Of a DNA stretch of 64,000 bases, positions 45,101 through 57,581 are shown one piece after another. Made by a program: the position numbers and the translations under genes. How positions within the stretch are numbered: position 1 is the stretch's first letter; every line of letters starts with the position of its first letter. The notes under the pieces are model-generated. The model saw only the letters and a list, made by a program, of their open reading frames with translations, ran no database searches and had not been told where the DNA came from. Source of the DNA: Eledone cirrhosa (taxonomy: Eukaryota); contig OZ024744.1 of NCBI GenBank assembly GCA_964016885.1, positions 128,774,001 through 128,838,000 of the forward strand, in the 5' to 3' direction.

Positions 45101-48100
45101 GTGAAGTTGGGGTTAAGTTAAGTTGGGGTTAAATTAAGTTGGGGTTAAGTTAAGTTGGGGTTGAGTTAAGTTGGGGTTAATTTAAGTTGGGGCTAAGTTA
45201 ATTTGGGGTTAAGTTAAGTTGGGGTTAAATTAAGTTGGGGTTAAGTTAAGTTGGGGTTAAGTTAAGTTGGGGTTAAGTTAATTTGGGGTTAAGTGAAGTT
45301 AGGGTTAAGTTAAGTTGGGGCTGAGTTAAGTTGGGGGTAAGTTAAGTTGGGGTTATGTTAAGTTGGGGTTAAGTTAAGTTGGGGTTAAGTTAAGTTGGGG
45401 TTCAGTTAAGTTGCGGTTAAGTTAAGTTGGGGTTAAGTTAAGTTGGGGTTAAGTTAAGTTGGGGTTAATTTAAGTTGGGGTTAAGTTAAGTTGGGGTTAA
45501 GTTAAGTTGGGGTTAAATTCAGTCGGGGTTAAGTTAAGTCGGGGTTAAGTTACGTTGGGGTTAAGTTAAGTTGGGGTTAAGTTAAGTTGGGGTTGAGTTA
45601 AGTTGGGGTTAAGTTAAGTTGGGGTTAAGTTAAGTTGGGGTTAAGTTAAGTTGGGGTTAATTTAAGTTGGGGTTAATTTAAGTTGGGGTTAAGTTAAGTT
45701 GGGGTTAAGTTAAGTTGGGGTAACGTTAAGTTGGGGGTAAGTTAAGTTGGGGTTAAGTTAAGTTGGGGTTAAGTTGGGGTTAAGTTGAGTTAGGGTTAAC
45801 TTAAGTTGGGGTTGTGTTAAGTGGTGGTTATGTTAAGTGGTGGTTATGTTAAGTTGGGGTTAAGTTAAGTTGGGGTTAAGTTAAGTTGGGGTTAAGTTAA
45901 GTTGGGGTTAAGTTAATTAGGGTTAAGTTAAGTTGGGTTTAAGTTAAGTTGGGTTTAAGTTAATTTGTGGTTAAGTTAAGTTGGGGTTAAGTTAAGTTGG
46001 GGTTAAGTTAAGTTGGGGATAAGTTAAGTTGGGGATAAGTTAAGTTGGGGTTAATTAAGTTGGGTTTAAGTTAAGTTGGGGTTAAGTTAAGTCGGGGTTA
46101 AGTTAAGTTGGGGTTAAGTTAAGTTGGTTAGTTAAGTTGAGTTTAAGTTAAGTTGGGGTTAATTTAAGTTGGGGTTAAGTTAAGTTGGGGTTAAGTTAAG
46201 TTGGGGTTAAGTTAAGTTGGGGTTAAGTTAAGTTGGGGTTCAGTTAAGTTGGGGTTAAGTTAAGTTGGGGTTAAGTTGGGGTAAAATTAAGTTGGGGTTA
46301 AGTTAAGTTAGGGTTAACTTAAGTTGGGGTTGTGTTAAGTGGTGGTTATGTTAAGTGGTGGTTATGTTAAGTTGGGGTTAAGTTAAGTTGGGGTTAAGTT
46401 AAGTTGGGGTTAAGTTAAGTTGGGGTTAAGTTAATTAGGGTTAAGTTAAGTTGGGTTTAAGTTAAGTTGGGTTTAAGTTAATTTGTGGTTAAGTTAAGTT
46501 GGGGTTAAGTTAAGTTGGGGTTAAGTTAAGTTGGGGATAAGTTAAGTTGGGGATAAGTTAAGTTGGGGTTAATTAAGTTGGGTTTAAGTTAAGTTGGGGT
46601 TAAGTTAAGTCGGGGTTAAGTTAAGTTGGGGTTAAGTTAAGTTGGTTAGTTAAGTTGAGTTTAAGTTAAGTTGGGGTTAATTTAAGTTGGGGTTAAGTTA
46701 AGTTGGGGTTAAGTTAAGTTGGGGTTAAGTTAAGTTGGGGTTCAGTTAAGTTGGGGTTAAGTTAAGTTGGGGTTAAGTTGGGGTAAAATTAAGTTGGGGT
46801 TAAGTTAAGTTGGGGTTAAGTTAAGTTGCGGTTAAGTTAAGTTGCCGTTAAGTTAAGTTGAGGTTAAGTTAAGTTGGGGTTAAGTTAAGTTGGGGTTAAG
46901 TTAAGTTGGGGCTAAGTTAAGTTGGGGCTAAGTTAAGTTGGGGTTAAGTTAACTTTGGGTTAAGTTAAGTTGGGTTTGAGTTAAGTTGGGGTTAATTAAG
47001 TTGGGGTTAAGTTAAGTTGGGGTTAAGTTGGGGTTAAGTTAAGTTGCGGTTAAGTTAAGTTGATGTTAAGTTAAGTTGGGGTTAAGTTAAGTTGGGGTTA
47101 AGTTAAGTTGGGGCTAAGTTAAGTTGGAGCTGAGTTAAGTTGGGGCTAAGTTAAGTTGGGGTTAAGTTAAGTTGGGGTTAAGTTAAGGTGGGGTTAAGTT
47201 AAGTTGGGGTCAACTTAAGTTGGGGTTAAGTTAAGTTGGGGTTAACTTAAGTTGGGGTTAAGTTAAGTTGGGGTTAAGTTAAGTTGGGGTTAAGTTAAGT
47301 TGGGGTTACGTTAAGTTGGGGGTAAGTCAAGTTGGTGTTAAGTTAAGTTGGCGGTAAGTTAAGATGGGGTTAAGTTAAGTTGGGGTTAATTTAATTTGGG
47401 GTTAAGTTAAGTTAGGGTTAAGTTAAGTTGGGGTTGAGTTAAGTTGGGGTTAAGTTAAGTTGGGGTTATGTTAAGTTGGGGTTAAGTTAAGTTGGGGTTA
47501 AGTTAAGTTGGGGTTATGTTAAGTTGGGGTTAAGTTAAGTTGGGGTTAAGTTAAGTTGGGGTTCAATTAAGTTGGGGTTAAGTTAAGTTGGGGTTATGTT
47601 AAGTTGGTGTTAAGTTAAGTTGGGGTTAAGTTAAGTTGGGGTTAAGTTAGGTTGGTGTTAATTTAAGTTGGGGGTAGGTTAAGTTGGGGTAAGTTAAGTT
47701 GGTGTTAAGTTAAGTTGGGGTTAAGTTAAGTTGGGGTTAAGTTAAGTTGGGTTTAAGTTAAGTTGGGGCTAAGTTAAGTTAGGGCTAAGTTAAGTTGGGG
47801 TTAAGTAAAGTTAGGGCTAAGTTAAGTTGGGGTTAAGTGAAGTTGGGGTTAATTTAAGTTGGGGTTACATTAAGTTGATGTTAAGTTAAGTTGGGGTTAA
47901 GTTAAGTTGGGGTTAAGTTAAGTTGGGGTTAAATTAAGTTGGGGTTAAATTAAGTTGGGGTTAAGTTAAGTTGGGGTTAAGTTAGGTTGGTGTTAAGTTA
48001 AGTTGGGGTTAAGTTAATTTGTGGTTAAGTTAAGTTGGGGTTAAGTTAAGTTGGGGTTAAGTTCAGTCGGGGTTAAGTTAAGTCGGGGTTAAGTTAAGTT

Positions 48101-51100
48101 GGGGTTAAGTTAAGTTGCGGTTAAGTTAAGTTGGGGTTAATTTAAGTTGGGGTTAAGTTAATTAGGGTTAAGTTAAGTTGGGGTTAAGTTAAGTTGGGGT
48201 TAAGTTAAGTTGGGGTTAAGTTAAGTTGGGTTTAAGTTAAGTTGGGGCTAAGTTAAGTTAGGGCTAAGTTAAGTTGGGGTTAAGTTAAGTTGGGGTTAAT
48301 TTAAGTTGGGGTTACATTAAGTTGAGGTTAAGTTAAGTTGTGGTTAAGTTAAGTTAGGGTTAATTTAAGTTAGGGTTATGTTAAGTTGGGGTTAAGTTAA
48401 GTTGGGGTTAAGTTAGGTTGGTGTTAAGTTAAGTTGGGGTTAAGTTAAGTTAGGGTTGAGTTAAGTTGGGGTTGAGTTAAGTTGGGGTTGAGTGAAGTTG
48501 GGGTTAAGTTAAGTTGGGGTTAAATTAAGTTGGGGTTAAGTTAAGTTGGGGTTGAGTTAAGTTGGGGTTAATTTAAGTTGGGTTTAAGTTAAGTTGGGTT
48601 TAAGTTAAGTTGGGGTTGAATTAAGTTGGGGTTAAATTAAGTTGGGGTTAAGTTAAGTTGGGGGTAAGTTAAGTTGGGGGCAAGTTAAGTTGGGGTTAAG
48701 TTAAGTTGGGGTTAAGTTAAGTTGGGGTTAATTTAAGTTGGGGTTATGTTAAGATGGGGTTAAGTTAAGTTGGGGTTAAGTTAAGTTGGGGTTAAGTTAA
48801 GTTGGTGTTAAGTTAAGTTGGGGGTAAGTTACGTTAGGGCTAAGTTACGTTGGGGTTAACTTAACCCCAACTTAACTTAACCCCAACTTAACTTAGACCC
48901 AACTTAACTGAGCCCCAACTTAACTTAACCCCAACGTAACTTAGCCCTAACGTAACTTACCCCCAACTTAACTTAACACCAACTTAACTTAACCCCAACT
49001 TAACTTAACCCCAACTTAACTTACCCCCAACTTAACTTACCCCCACCTTAACTTACCCCCAACTTAACTTAACCCCAACTTAACTTAACTTAACCCCAAC
49101 TTAAGTTAAGTTTGGGTTAAGGTTGGGGTTAAATTAAGTTGGGGTTAAGTTAAGTTGGGGTTAAGTTAAGTTGGGGTTAAGTTAAGTTGGGGGTAAGTTA
49201 AGTTGGGGTTAAGTTAAGTTGGGGTTAAGTTAAGTTGGGGTTAAGTTAAGTTCGGGTTAAGTTAAGTTGGTGTTAAGTTAAGTTGGGGCTGAGTTAAGTT
49301 GGGGCTAAGTTAAGTTGGGTCTAAGTTAAGTTGGGGTTAAGTTAAGTTGGGGTTAAGTTAAGTTGGTGTTAAATTAAGTTGGGGTTAAATTAAGTTGGTG
49401 TTAAGTTAAGTTGGGGTTAAGTTAAGTTGGGGTTAATTAAGTTGGGGTTAAGTTAAGTTGGGGTTAAGTTAATTGGGGTTAAATTAAGTTAGGGTTGAGT
49501 TAAGTTGGGGTTAAGTTAAGTTGGGGTTATATTAAGTTGGGGTTAAGTTAAGTTGGGGTTAAGTAAAGTTGGGGTTCAGTTAATTTGGGGTTAAGTGAAG
49601 TTAGGGTTAAGTTAAGTTGGGGTTGAGTTAAGTTGGGGGTAAGTTAAGTTGGGGTTATGTTAAGTTGGGGTTACGTTAAGTTGGGTTTAAGTTAAGTTGG
49701 GGTTAAGTTAAGTTGGGGTTAAGTTAAGTTGGGGTTAATTTAAGTTGGGGTTAAGTTAATTTGGGCTTAATTTAAGTTGGGGTTAAGTTAAGTTGGGGTT
49801 AAGTTAAGTTGGGGTTAAATTAAGTTGGGCTTAAGTTAAGTTGGGGTTAAGTTAAGTTGGGGTTAAGTTAATTTGGGGTTAAGTTAAGTTAGGGTAAAGT
49901 TAAGTTGGGGTTGAGTTAAGTTGGGGTAAGTTAAGTTGGGGTTAAGTTAAGTTGGGGTTAAGTTAAGTTGGGGTTAAGTTAAGTTAGGCTTAACTTAAGT
50001 TGGGGTTAAGTTAAGTTGGGGGTGAGTTAAGTTGGGGGTAAGTTAAGTTGGGGTTAAGTTAAGTTGGGGTTAAGTTGGGGTTAAGTTAAGTTAGGGTTAA
50101 GTTAATTTGGGGTTGAGTTAAGTTGGGGTTAAGTTAAGTGGTGGTTATGTTAAGTTGGGGTTAAGTTAAGTTGGGGTTAATTTAAATTGGGGTTAATTTA
50201 AATTTGTTGTTAAGTTAAGTTGGGGTTAATTTAAGTTGGGGTTAAGTTAAGTTGGGGTTGAGTTAAGTTGTGGTTGAGTGAAGTTGGGGTTAAGTTAAGT
50301 TGGGGTTAAATTAAGTTGGGGTTAAGTTAAGTTGGGGTTGAGTTAAGTTGGGGTTAATTTAAGTTGGGGCTAAGTTAATTTGGGGTTAAGTTAAGTTGGG
50401 GTTAAATTAAGTTGGGGTTAAGTTAAGTTGGGGTTAAGTTAAGTTGGGGTTAAGTTAATTTGGGGTTAAGTGAAGTTAGGGTTAAGTTAAGTTGGGGCTG
50501 AGTTAAGTTGGGGGTAAGTTAAGTTGGGGTTATGTTAAGTTGGGGTTAAGTTAAGTTGGGGTTAAGTTAAGTTGGGGTTCAGTTAAGTTGCGGTTAAGTT
50601 AAGTTGGGGTTAAGTTAAGTTGGGGTTAAGTTAAGTTGGGGTTAATTTAAGTTGTGGTTAAGTTAAGTTGGGGTTAAGTTAAGTTGGGGTTAAATTCAGT
50701 CGGGGTTAAGTTAAGTCGGGGTTAAGTTACGTTGGGGTTAAGTTAAGTTGGGGTTAAGTTAAGTTGGGGTTGAGTTAAGTTGGGGTTAAGTTAAGTTGGG
50801 GTTAAGTTAAGTTGGGGTTAAGTTAAGTTGGGGTTAATTTAAGTTGGGGTTAAGTTAAGTTGGGGTTAATTTAAGTTGGGGTTAATTTAAGTTGGGGTTA
50901 AGTTAAGTTGGGGTTAAGTTAAGTTGGGGTAACGTTAAGTTGGGGGTAAGTTAAGTTGGGGTTAAGTTAAGTTGGGGTTAAGTTGGGGTTAAGTTAAGTT
51001 AGGGTTAACTTAAGTTGGGGTTGTGTTAAGTGGTGGTTATGTTAAGTGGTGGTTATGTTAAGTTGGGGTTAAGTTAAGTTGGGGTTAAGTTAAGTTGGGG

Positions 51101-54100
51101 TTAAGTTAAGTTGGGGTTAAGTTAATTAGGGTTAAGTTGGGTTTAAGTTAAGTTGGGGTTAAGTTAATTTGTGGTTAAGTTAAGTTGGGGTTAAGTTAAG
51201 TTGGGGATAAGTTAAGTTGGGGATAAGTTAAGTTGGGGTTAATTAAGTTGGGTTTAAGTTAAGTTGGGGTTAAGTTAAGTCGGGGTTAAGTTAAGTTGGG
51301 GTTAAGTTAAGTTGGTTAGTTAAGTTGAGTTTAAGTTAAGTTGGGGTTAATTTAAGTTGGGGTTAAGTTAAGTTGGGGTTAAGTTAAGTTGGGGTTAAGT
51401 TGGGGTAAAATTAAGTTGGGGTTAAGTTAAGTTGGGGTTAAGTTAAGTTGCGGTTAAGTTAAGTTGCCGTTAAGTTAAGTTGAGGTTAAGTTAAGTTGGG
51501 GTTAAGTTAAGTTGGGGTTAAGTTAAGTTGGGGCTAAGTTAAGTTGGGGCTAAGTTAAGTTGGGGTTAAGTTAACTTTGGGTTAAGTTAAGTTGGGTTTG
51601 AGTTAAGTTGGGGTTAATTAAGTTGGGGTTAAGTTAAGTTGGGGTTAAGTTGGGGTTAAGTTAAGTTGCGGTTAAGTTAAGTTGATGTTAAGTTAAGTTG
51701 GGGTTAAGTTAAGTTGGGGTTAAGTTAAGTTGGGGCTAAGTTAAGTTGGAGCTGAGTTAAGTTGGGGCTAAGTTAAGTTGGGGTTAAGTTAAGTTGGGGT
51801 TAAGTTAAGGTGGGGTTAAGTTAAGTTGGGGTCAACTTAAGTTGGGGTTAAGTTAAGTTGGGGTTAACTTAAGTTGGGGTTAAGTTAAGTTGGGGTTAAG
51901 TTAAGTTGGGGTTAAGTTAAGTTGGGGTTACGTTAAGTTGGGGGTAAGTCAAGTTGGTGTTAAGTTAAGTTGGCGGTAAGTTAAGATGGGGTTAAGTTAA
52001 GTTGGGGTTAATTTAATTTGGGGTTAAGTTAAGTTAGGGTTAAGTTAAGTTGGGGTTGAGTTAAGTTGGGGTTAAGTTAAGTTGGGGTTATGTTAAGTTG
52101 GGGTTAAGTTAAGTTGGGGTTAAGTTAAGTTGGGGTTCAATTAAGTTGCGGATAATTTAAGTTGGGGTTAAGTTAAGTTGGGGTTAAGTTAAGTTGCGGT
52201 TAAGTTAAGTTGCCGTTAAGTTAAGTTGAGGTTAAGTTAAGTTGGGGTTAAGTTAAGTTGGGGTTAAGTTAAGTTGGGGCTAAGTTAAGTTGGGGCTAAG
52301 TTAAGTTGGGGTTAAGTTAATTTGGGTTAAGTTAAGTTGGGTTTGAGTTAAGTTGGGGTTAATTAAGTTGGGGTTAAGTTAAGTTGGGGTTAAGTTGGGG
52401 TTAAGTTAAGTTGCGGTTAAGTTAAGTTGATGTTAAGTTAAGTTGGGGTTAAGTTAAGTTGGGGTTAAGTTAAGTTGGGGCTAAGTTAAGTTGGAGCTGA
52501 GTTAAGTTGGGGCTAAGTTAAGTTGGGGTTAAGTTAAGTTGGGGTTAAGTTAAGGTGGGGTTAAGTTAAGTTGGGGTCAACTTAAGTTGGGGTTAAGTTA
52601 AGTTGGGGTTAACTTAAGTTGGGGTTAAGTTAAGTTGGGGTTAAGTTAAGTTGGGGTTAAGTTAAGTTGGGGTTACGTTAAGTTGGGGGTAAGTCAAGTT
52701 GGTGTTAAGTTAAGTTGGCGGTAAGTTAAGATGGGGTTAAGTTAAGTTGGGGTTAATTTAATTTGGGGTTAAGTTAAGTTAGGGTTAAGTTAAGTTGGGG
52801 TTGAGTTAAGTTGGGGTTAAGTTAAGTTGGGGTTATGTTAAGTTGGGGTTAAGTTAAGTTGGGGTTAAGTTAAGTTGGGGTTCAATTAAGTTGCGGATAA
52901 TTTAAGTTGGGGTTAAGTTAAGTTGGGGTTAAGTTAAGTTGGGGTTAATTTAAGTTGGGGTTAAATTAAGTTGGGGTTAAATTAAGTTGGGGTTAAGTTA
53001 AGTTGGGGTTATGTTAAGTTGGTGTTAAGTTAAGTTGGGGTTAAGTTAAGTTGGGGTTAAGTTAGGTTGGTGTTAATTTAAGTTGGGGGTAAGTTAAGTT
53101 GGGGTAAGTTAAGTTGGTGTTAAGTTAAGTTGGGGTTAAGTTAAGTTGGGGTTAAGTTAAGTTGGGGTTCAATTAAGTTGCGGGTAATTTAAGTTGGGGT
53201 TAAGTTAAGTTGGGGGTACGTTAAGTTGGGGGTAAGTTAAGTTGGGGTTAAGTTAAGTTGGGGTTAAGTTAAGTCGGGGTTAATTTAAGTTGCGGTTAAG
53301 TTAAGTTGGGGTTAAGTTAAGTTGGGGTTAAGTTAAGTTGGGATTAAGTTAAGTTGGGGTTAAGTTAAGTTGGGGTTGAGTTAAGTTGGGGTTAAGTTAG
53401 ATTATTGTTAATTTATTTTGGGGTTAAGTTAAGTTGGGGTTAAGTTAAGTTGGGGTTAATTTAAGTTGGGGTTAAGTTAAGTGGGGGTTAAGTTGAGTTG
53501 GGGTTAAGTTAAGTTGGGGTTAAGTTAAGTTGGGGTTAAGATAAGTTGGGGTTAAGTTAAGTTGGGGTTGAGTTAAGTTCGGGTTGAGTTAATTTGGGGT
53601 TAACTTAAGTTGGGGTTAACTTAAGTTGGGGTTAAGTTAAGTTGGGTTTATGTTAAGTTGGGGATAAGTTAAGTTGGGATTAAGTTAAGTTGGGGTTCAA
53701 TTAAGTTGCGGTTAATTTAAGTTGGGGTTAAGTTAAGTTGGGGTTAAGTTAAGTTGGGGTTAAGTTAAGTTGGGGTTAAATTAAGTAAGGGCTAAGTTAA
53801 GTTGAGGTTATGTTAAGTTGGTGTTAAGTTAAGTTGGGGTTAAGTTAAGTTGGGGTTAAGTTAAGTTGGGGTTTAAGTTAAGTTGGGGTTAAGTTAAGTT
53901 GGGGTTAATTTAATTTGGGGTTAAGTTAAGTTAGGGTTAAGTTAAGTTGGGGTTGAGTTAAGTTGGGGTTAAGTTAAGTTGGGGTTATGTTAAGTTGGGG
54001 ATAAGTTAAGTTGGGGTTAAGTTAAGTTGGGGTTCAATTAAGTTGCGGTTAATTTAAGTTGGGGTTAAGTTAAGTTCGGGTTAAGTTAAGTTGGGGTTAA

Positions 54101-54503
54101 GTTAAGTTGGGGTTAAATTAAGTTAGGGCTAAGTTAAGTTGAGGTTATGTTAAGTTGGTGTTAAGTTAAGTTGGGGTTAAGTTAAGTTGGGGTTAAGTTA
54201 AGTTGGGGTTAAGTTAAGTTGGGTTTAAGTTAAGTTGGGGCTAAGTTAAGTTGGGGTTAAGTTAAGTTGGGGTTAAGTTAAGTTGGGGTTAAGTTAGGTT
54301 GGTGTTAAGTTAAGTTGGGGGTAAGTTAAGTTGGGGGTAAGTTAAGTTGGTGTTAAGTTAAGTTGGGGTTAAGTTAAGTTGGGGCTAAGTTAAGTTGGGT
54401 TTAAGTTAAGTTGGGTCTAAGTTAAGTTGGGGTTAAGTTAAGTTGGGGTTAACTTAAGTTGGGGGTAAGTTAAGTTGGGTTTGAGTTAAGTTGGGGTTAA
54501 GTT
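42156..54503 (+). repeat. 16-bp satellite array 4 (long type, ~12.3 kb)
   Basis: Colinear with array 2, plus a ~0.5-kb tandem duplication near 45800-46800. Confidence 0.98.
48856..49104 (-). repeat. Inverted patch of the 16-bp satellite, copy 3
   Basis: Same sequence and junctions as the other two patches. Confidence 0.97.
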
Positions 54504-57500
54504 AGGTTTTTCGAAAACCTTATATAATCAATTTTTTTTAGGTTTTTCGAAAAATGTTATATAATCAATTTTTTTTAGGTTTTTCGAAAAACCTTATATA
54601 ATCAATTTTTTTTTAGGTTTTTCGAAACACCTTATATAATCAATTTTTTTTAGGTTTTTCGAAAAACCTTATATAATTAATTTTTTTTAGGTTTTTCGAA
54701 AAACCTTATATAATCAATTTCTTTAGGTTTTTCGTAAAACCTTATATAATCAATTTTTTTAGGTTTTTCGAAAAACCTTATATAATCAATTATTTTTAGG
54801 TTTTTCGAAATACCTTATATAATTAATTTTTTTTAGGTTTTTCGAAAAATCTTATATAATTAATTTATATCTGATTTCAAATATTGATTTTTTTAGGTTT
54901 TTCGAAAACCTTATATAATCAATTTTTTTTAGGTTTTTCGAAAAAGAATGAATTCATATTCGAAATATATACTTCTGCATTAATCTTTTTACGTTTTTCT
55001 GATTTTTTGCATGTTTTGAAATTTAAAAAAAACGTAAAAAATTAATGCTTTTACAAATATTTTGAAATATTTACTTTCTGGTTTCAAATTTTGCAAATTA
55101 AATTTTTTTCTAAAAAAATCAGTTTTCGAAATCAGAAGTTAATATTTCGAAAAACGCAATTTAAAAAACTCATATTAATTTTTTTTCGAATGAAGTTTTT
55201 TTATGCTTTTAGAAATATTTATATCTGATTTAAAATATTGATTTTTTTAGGTTTACCTTATATAATCAAACAAATTTTTTTAGGTTTTTCGAAATATCTT
55301 ATATAATCAATTTTTTTTAGGTTTTTCGAAAAAGAATGAATTTGAGTTCATAGTCGAAATATATACTTCTGCATTAATCTTTGATTTTTTGCATGTTTTG
55401 AAATCTAAAAAAAACGTAAAAAATTAATGCTTTTACAAATATTTTGAAATATTTACTTTCTGGTTTCTAAGTTTGCAAATTAAATTTTTTTCAAAAAACC
55501 TAAAAAAAATCAGTTTTTGAAATCAGAAGTTAATATTTCGAAAAACGCAATTTGAAAAACTCATATTAATTTTTTTTCGAATGAAGTTTTTTATACTTTT
55601 AGAAATATTTATATCTGATTTCAAATATTGATTTTTTTAGGTTTTTCGAAAAAGAATGAATTTGAGTTCATAGTCGAAATATATATTTCTGCATTAATCT
55701 TTTTACGTTTTTCTGATTTTTTGCATGTTTTGAAATTTAAAAAAAACGTAAAAAATCAATATTTCGAAAAACGCAATTTGAAAAACTCATATTCATTTTT
55801 TTTCGAATGAATTCTTTCATACTTTTAGAAATATTTATATCTGATTTTAAATATTGATTTTTTTAGGTTTACCTTATATAATCAAATTTTTTTAGGTTTT
55901 TCGAAAAAGAATGAATTTGAGTTCATAGTCGAAATATATACTTCTGCATTAATCTTTTTACGTTTTTCTGATTTTTTGCATGTTTTGAAATTTAAAAAAA
56001 AACGTAAAAAATTAATGGTTTTACAAATATTTTGAAATATTTACTTTCTGGTTTCGAATTTTGCAAATTAAATTTTTTTCGAAAAAAACCTAAAAAAATC
56101 AGTTTTCGAAATCAGAAGTTAATATTTCGAAAAACGCAATTTGAAAAACTCATATTAATTTTTTTTCGAATGAAGTTTTTTTATGCTTTTAGAAATATTT
56201 ATATCTGATTTCCAATATTGATTTTTTTTAGGTTTTTCGAAAAAGAATGAATTTGAGTTCATAGTCGAAATATATATTTCTGCATTGATCTTTGATTTTT
56301 TGCATGTTTTGAAATTTAAAAAAAAAGTAAAAAATTAATGCTTTTACAAATATTTTGAAATATTTACTTTCTGGTTTCAAAGTTTGCAAATTAAATTTTT
56401 TTCGAAAAACCTAAAAAAATCAGTTTTCGAAATCAGAAGTTAATATTTCGAAAAACGCAATTTTAAAAACTCATATTAATTTTTTTTCGAATGAATTCTT
56501 TCATACTTTTAGAAATATTTATATCTGATTTCAAATATTGATTTTTTTTAGGTTTTTCGAAAAATCTTATATAATCAATTTTTTTTAGGTTTTTCGAAAA
56601 AGAATGAATTTGAGTTCATAGTCGAAATATATACTTCTGCATTAATCTTTGATTTTTTGCATGTTTTGAAATTTAAAAAAAACGTAAAAAAACAATATTT
56701 CGAAAAACGCAATTTGAAAAACTCATATTAATTTTTTTTCGAATGAATTCTTTTATACTTTTAGAAATATTTATATCTGATTTTAAATATTGATTTTTTT
56801 AGGTTTACCTTATATAATCAAATTTTTTTAGGTTGTTCGAAAAATCTTATATAATCAAATTTTTTTAGGTTTTTCGAAAAAGAATTTGAGTTCATAGTCG
56901 AAATATATACTTCTGCATTAATCTTTTTACGTTTTTCTGATTTTTTGCATGTTTTGAAATTTAAAAAAAACGTAAAAAATTAATGCTTTTACAAATATTT
57001 TGAAATATTTACTTTCTGGTTTCAAATTTTGTAAATTAAATTTTTTTCGAAAAACCTAAAAAAATCAGTTTTCGAAATCAGAAGTTAATATTTCGAAAAA
57101 CGCAATTTAAAAAACTCATATTAATTTTTTTTCGAATGAATTCTTTTAGAAATATTTATATCTGATTTCAAATATTGATTTTTTTAGGTTTACCTTATAT
57201 AATCAAATTTTTTTAGGTTTTTCAAAAACCTTATATAATCAATTTTTTTTAGGTTTTTCGAAAAACCTTACATAATCAATTTTTTTTAGGTTTTTTCGAA
57301 AAACCTTATATAATCAATTTTTTACGTTTTTAGAAAAACCTTATATAATCAATTTTTTTTATACTTTTAGAAATATTTATATCTTATTTCAAATATTGAT
57401 TTTTTTTAGATTTTTCGAAATACCTTATATAATCAATTTTTCTAGGTGTTTCGAAAAACCTTATATAATCAATTTTTTTTAGGTTTTTCGAAAGACCTTA

Positions 57501-57581
57501 TATAATCAATTTTTTTTAGGTTTTTCGAAAAACCTTATATAATCAATTTTTTTAGGTTTTTCGACAACCTTATATAATCAA
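54504..57581. repeat. AT-rich composite block, copy 4 (3.08 kb; seven long monomers)
   Basis: Same length as copy 2 and apparently identical to it at a constant offset of 23779. Confidence 0.95.

Noticed and set aside
55628-55810. 60-aa ORF identical to 31849-32031
   Set aside because: The identity reflects the 23779-bp duplication, not coding constraint.
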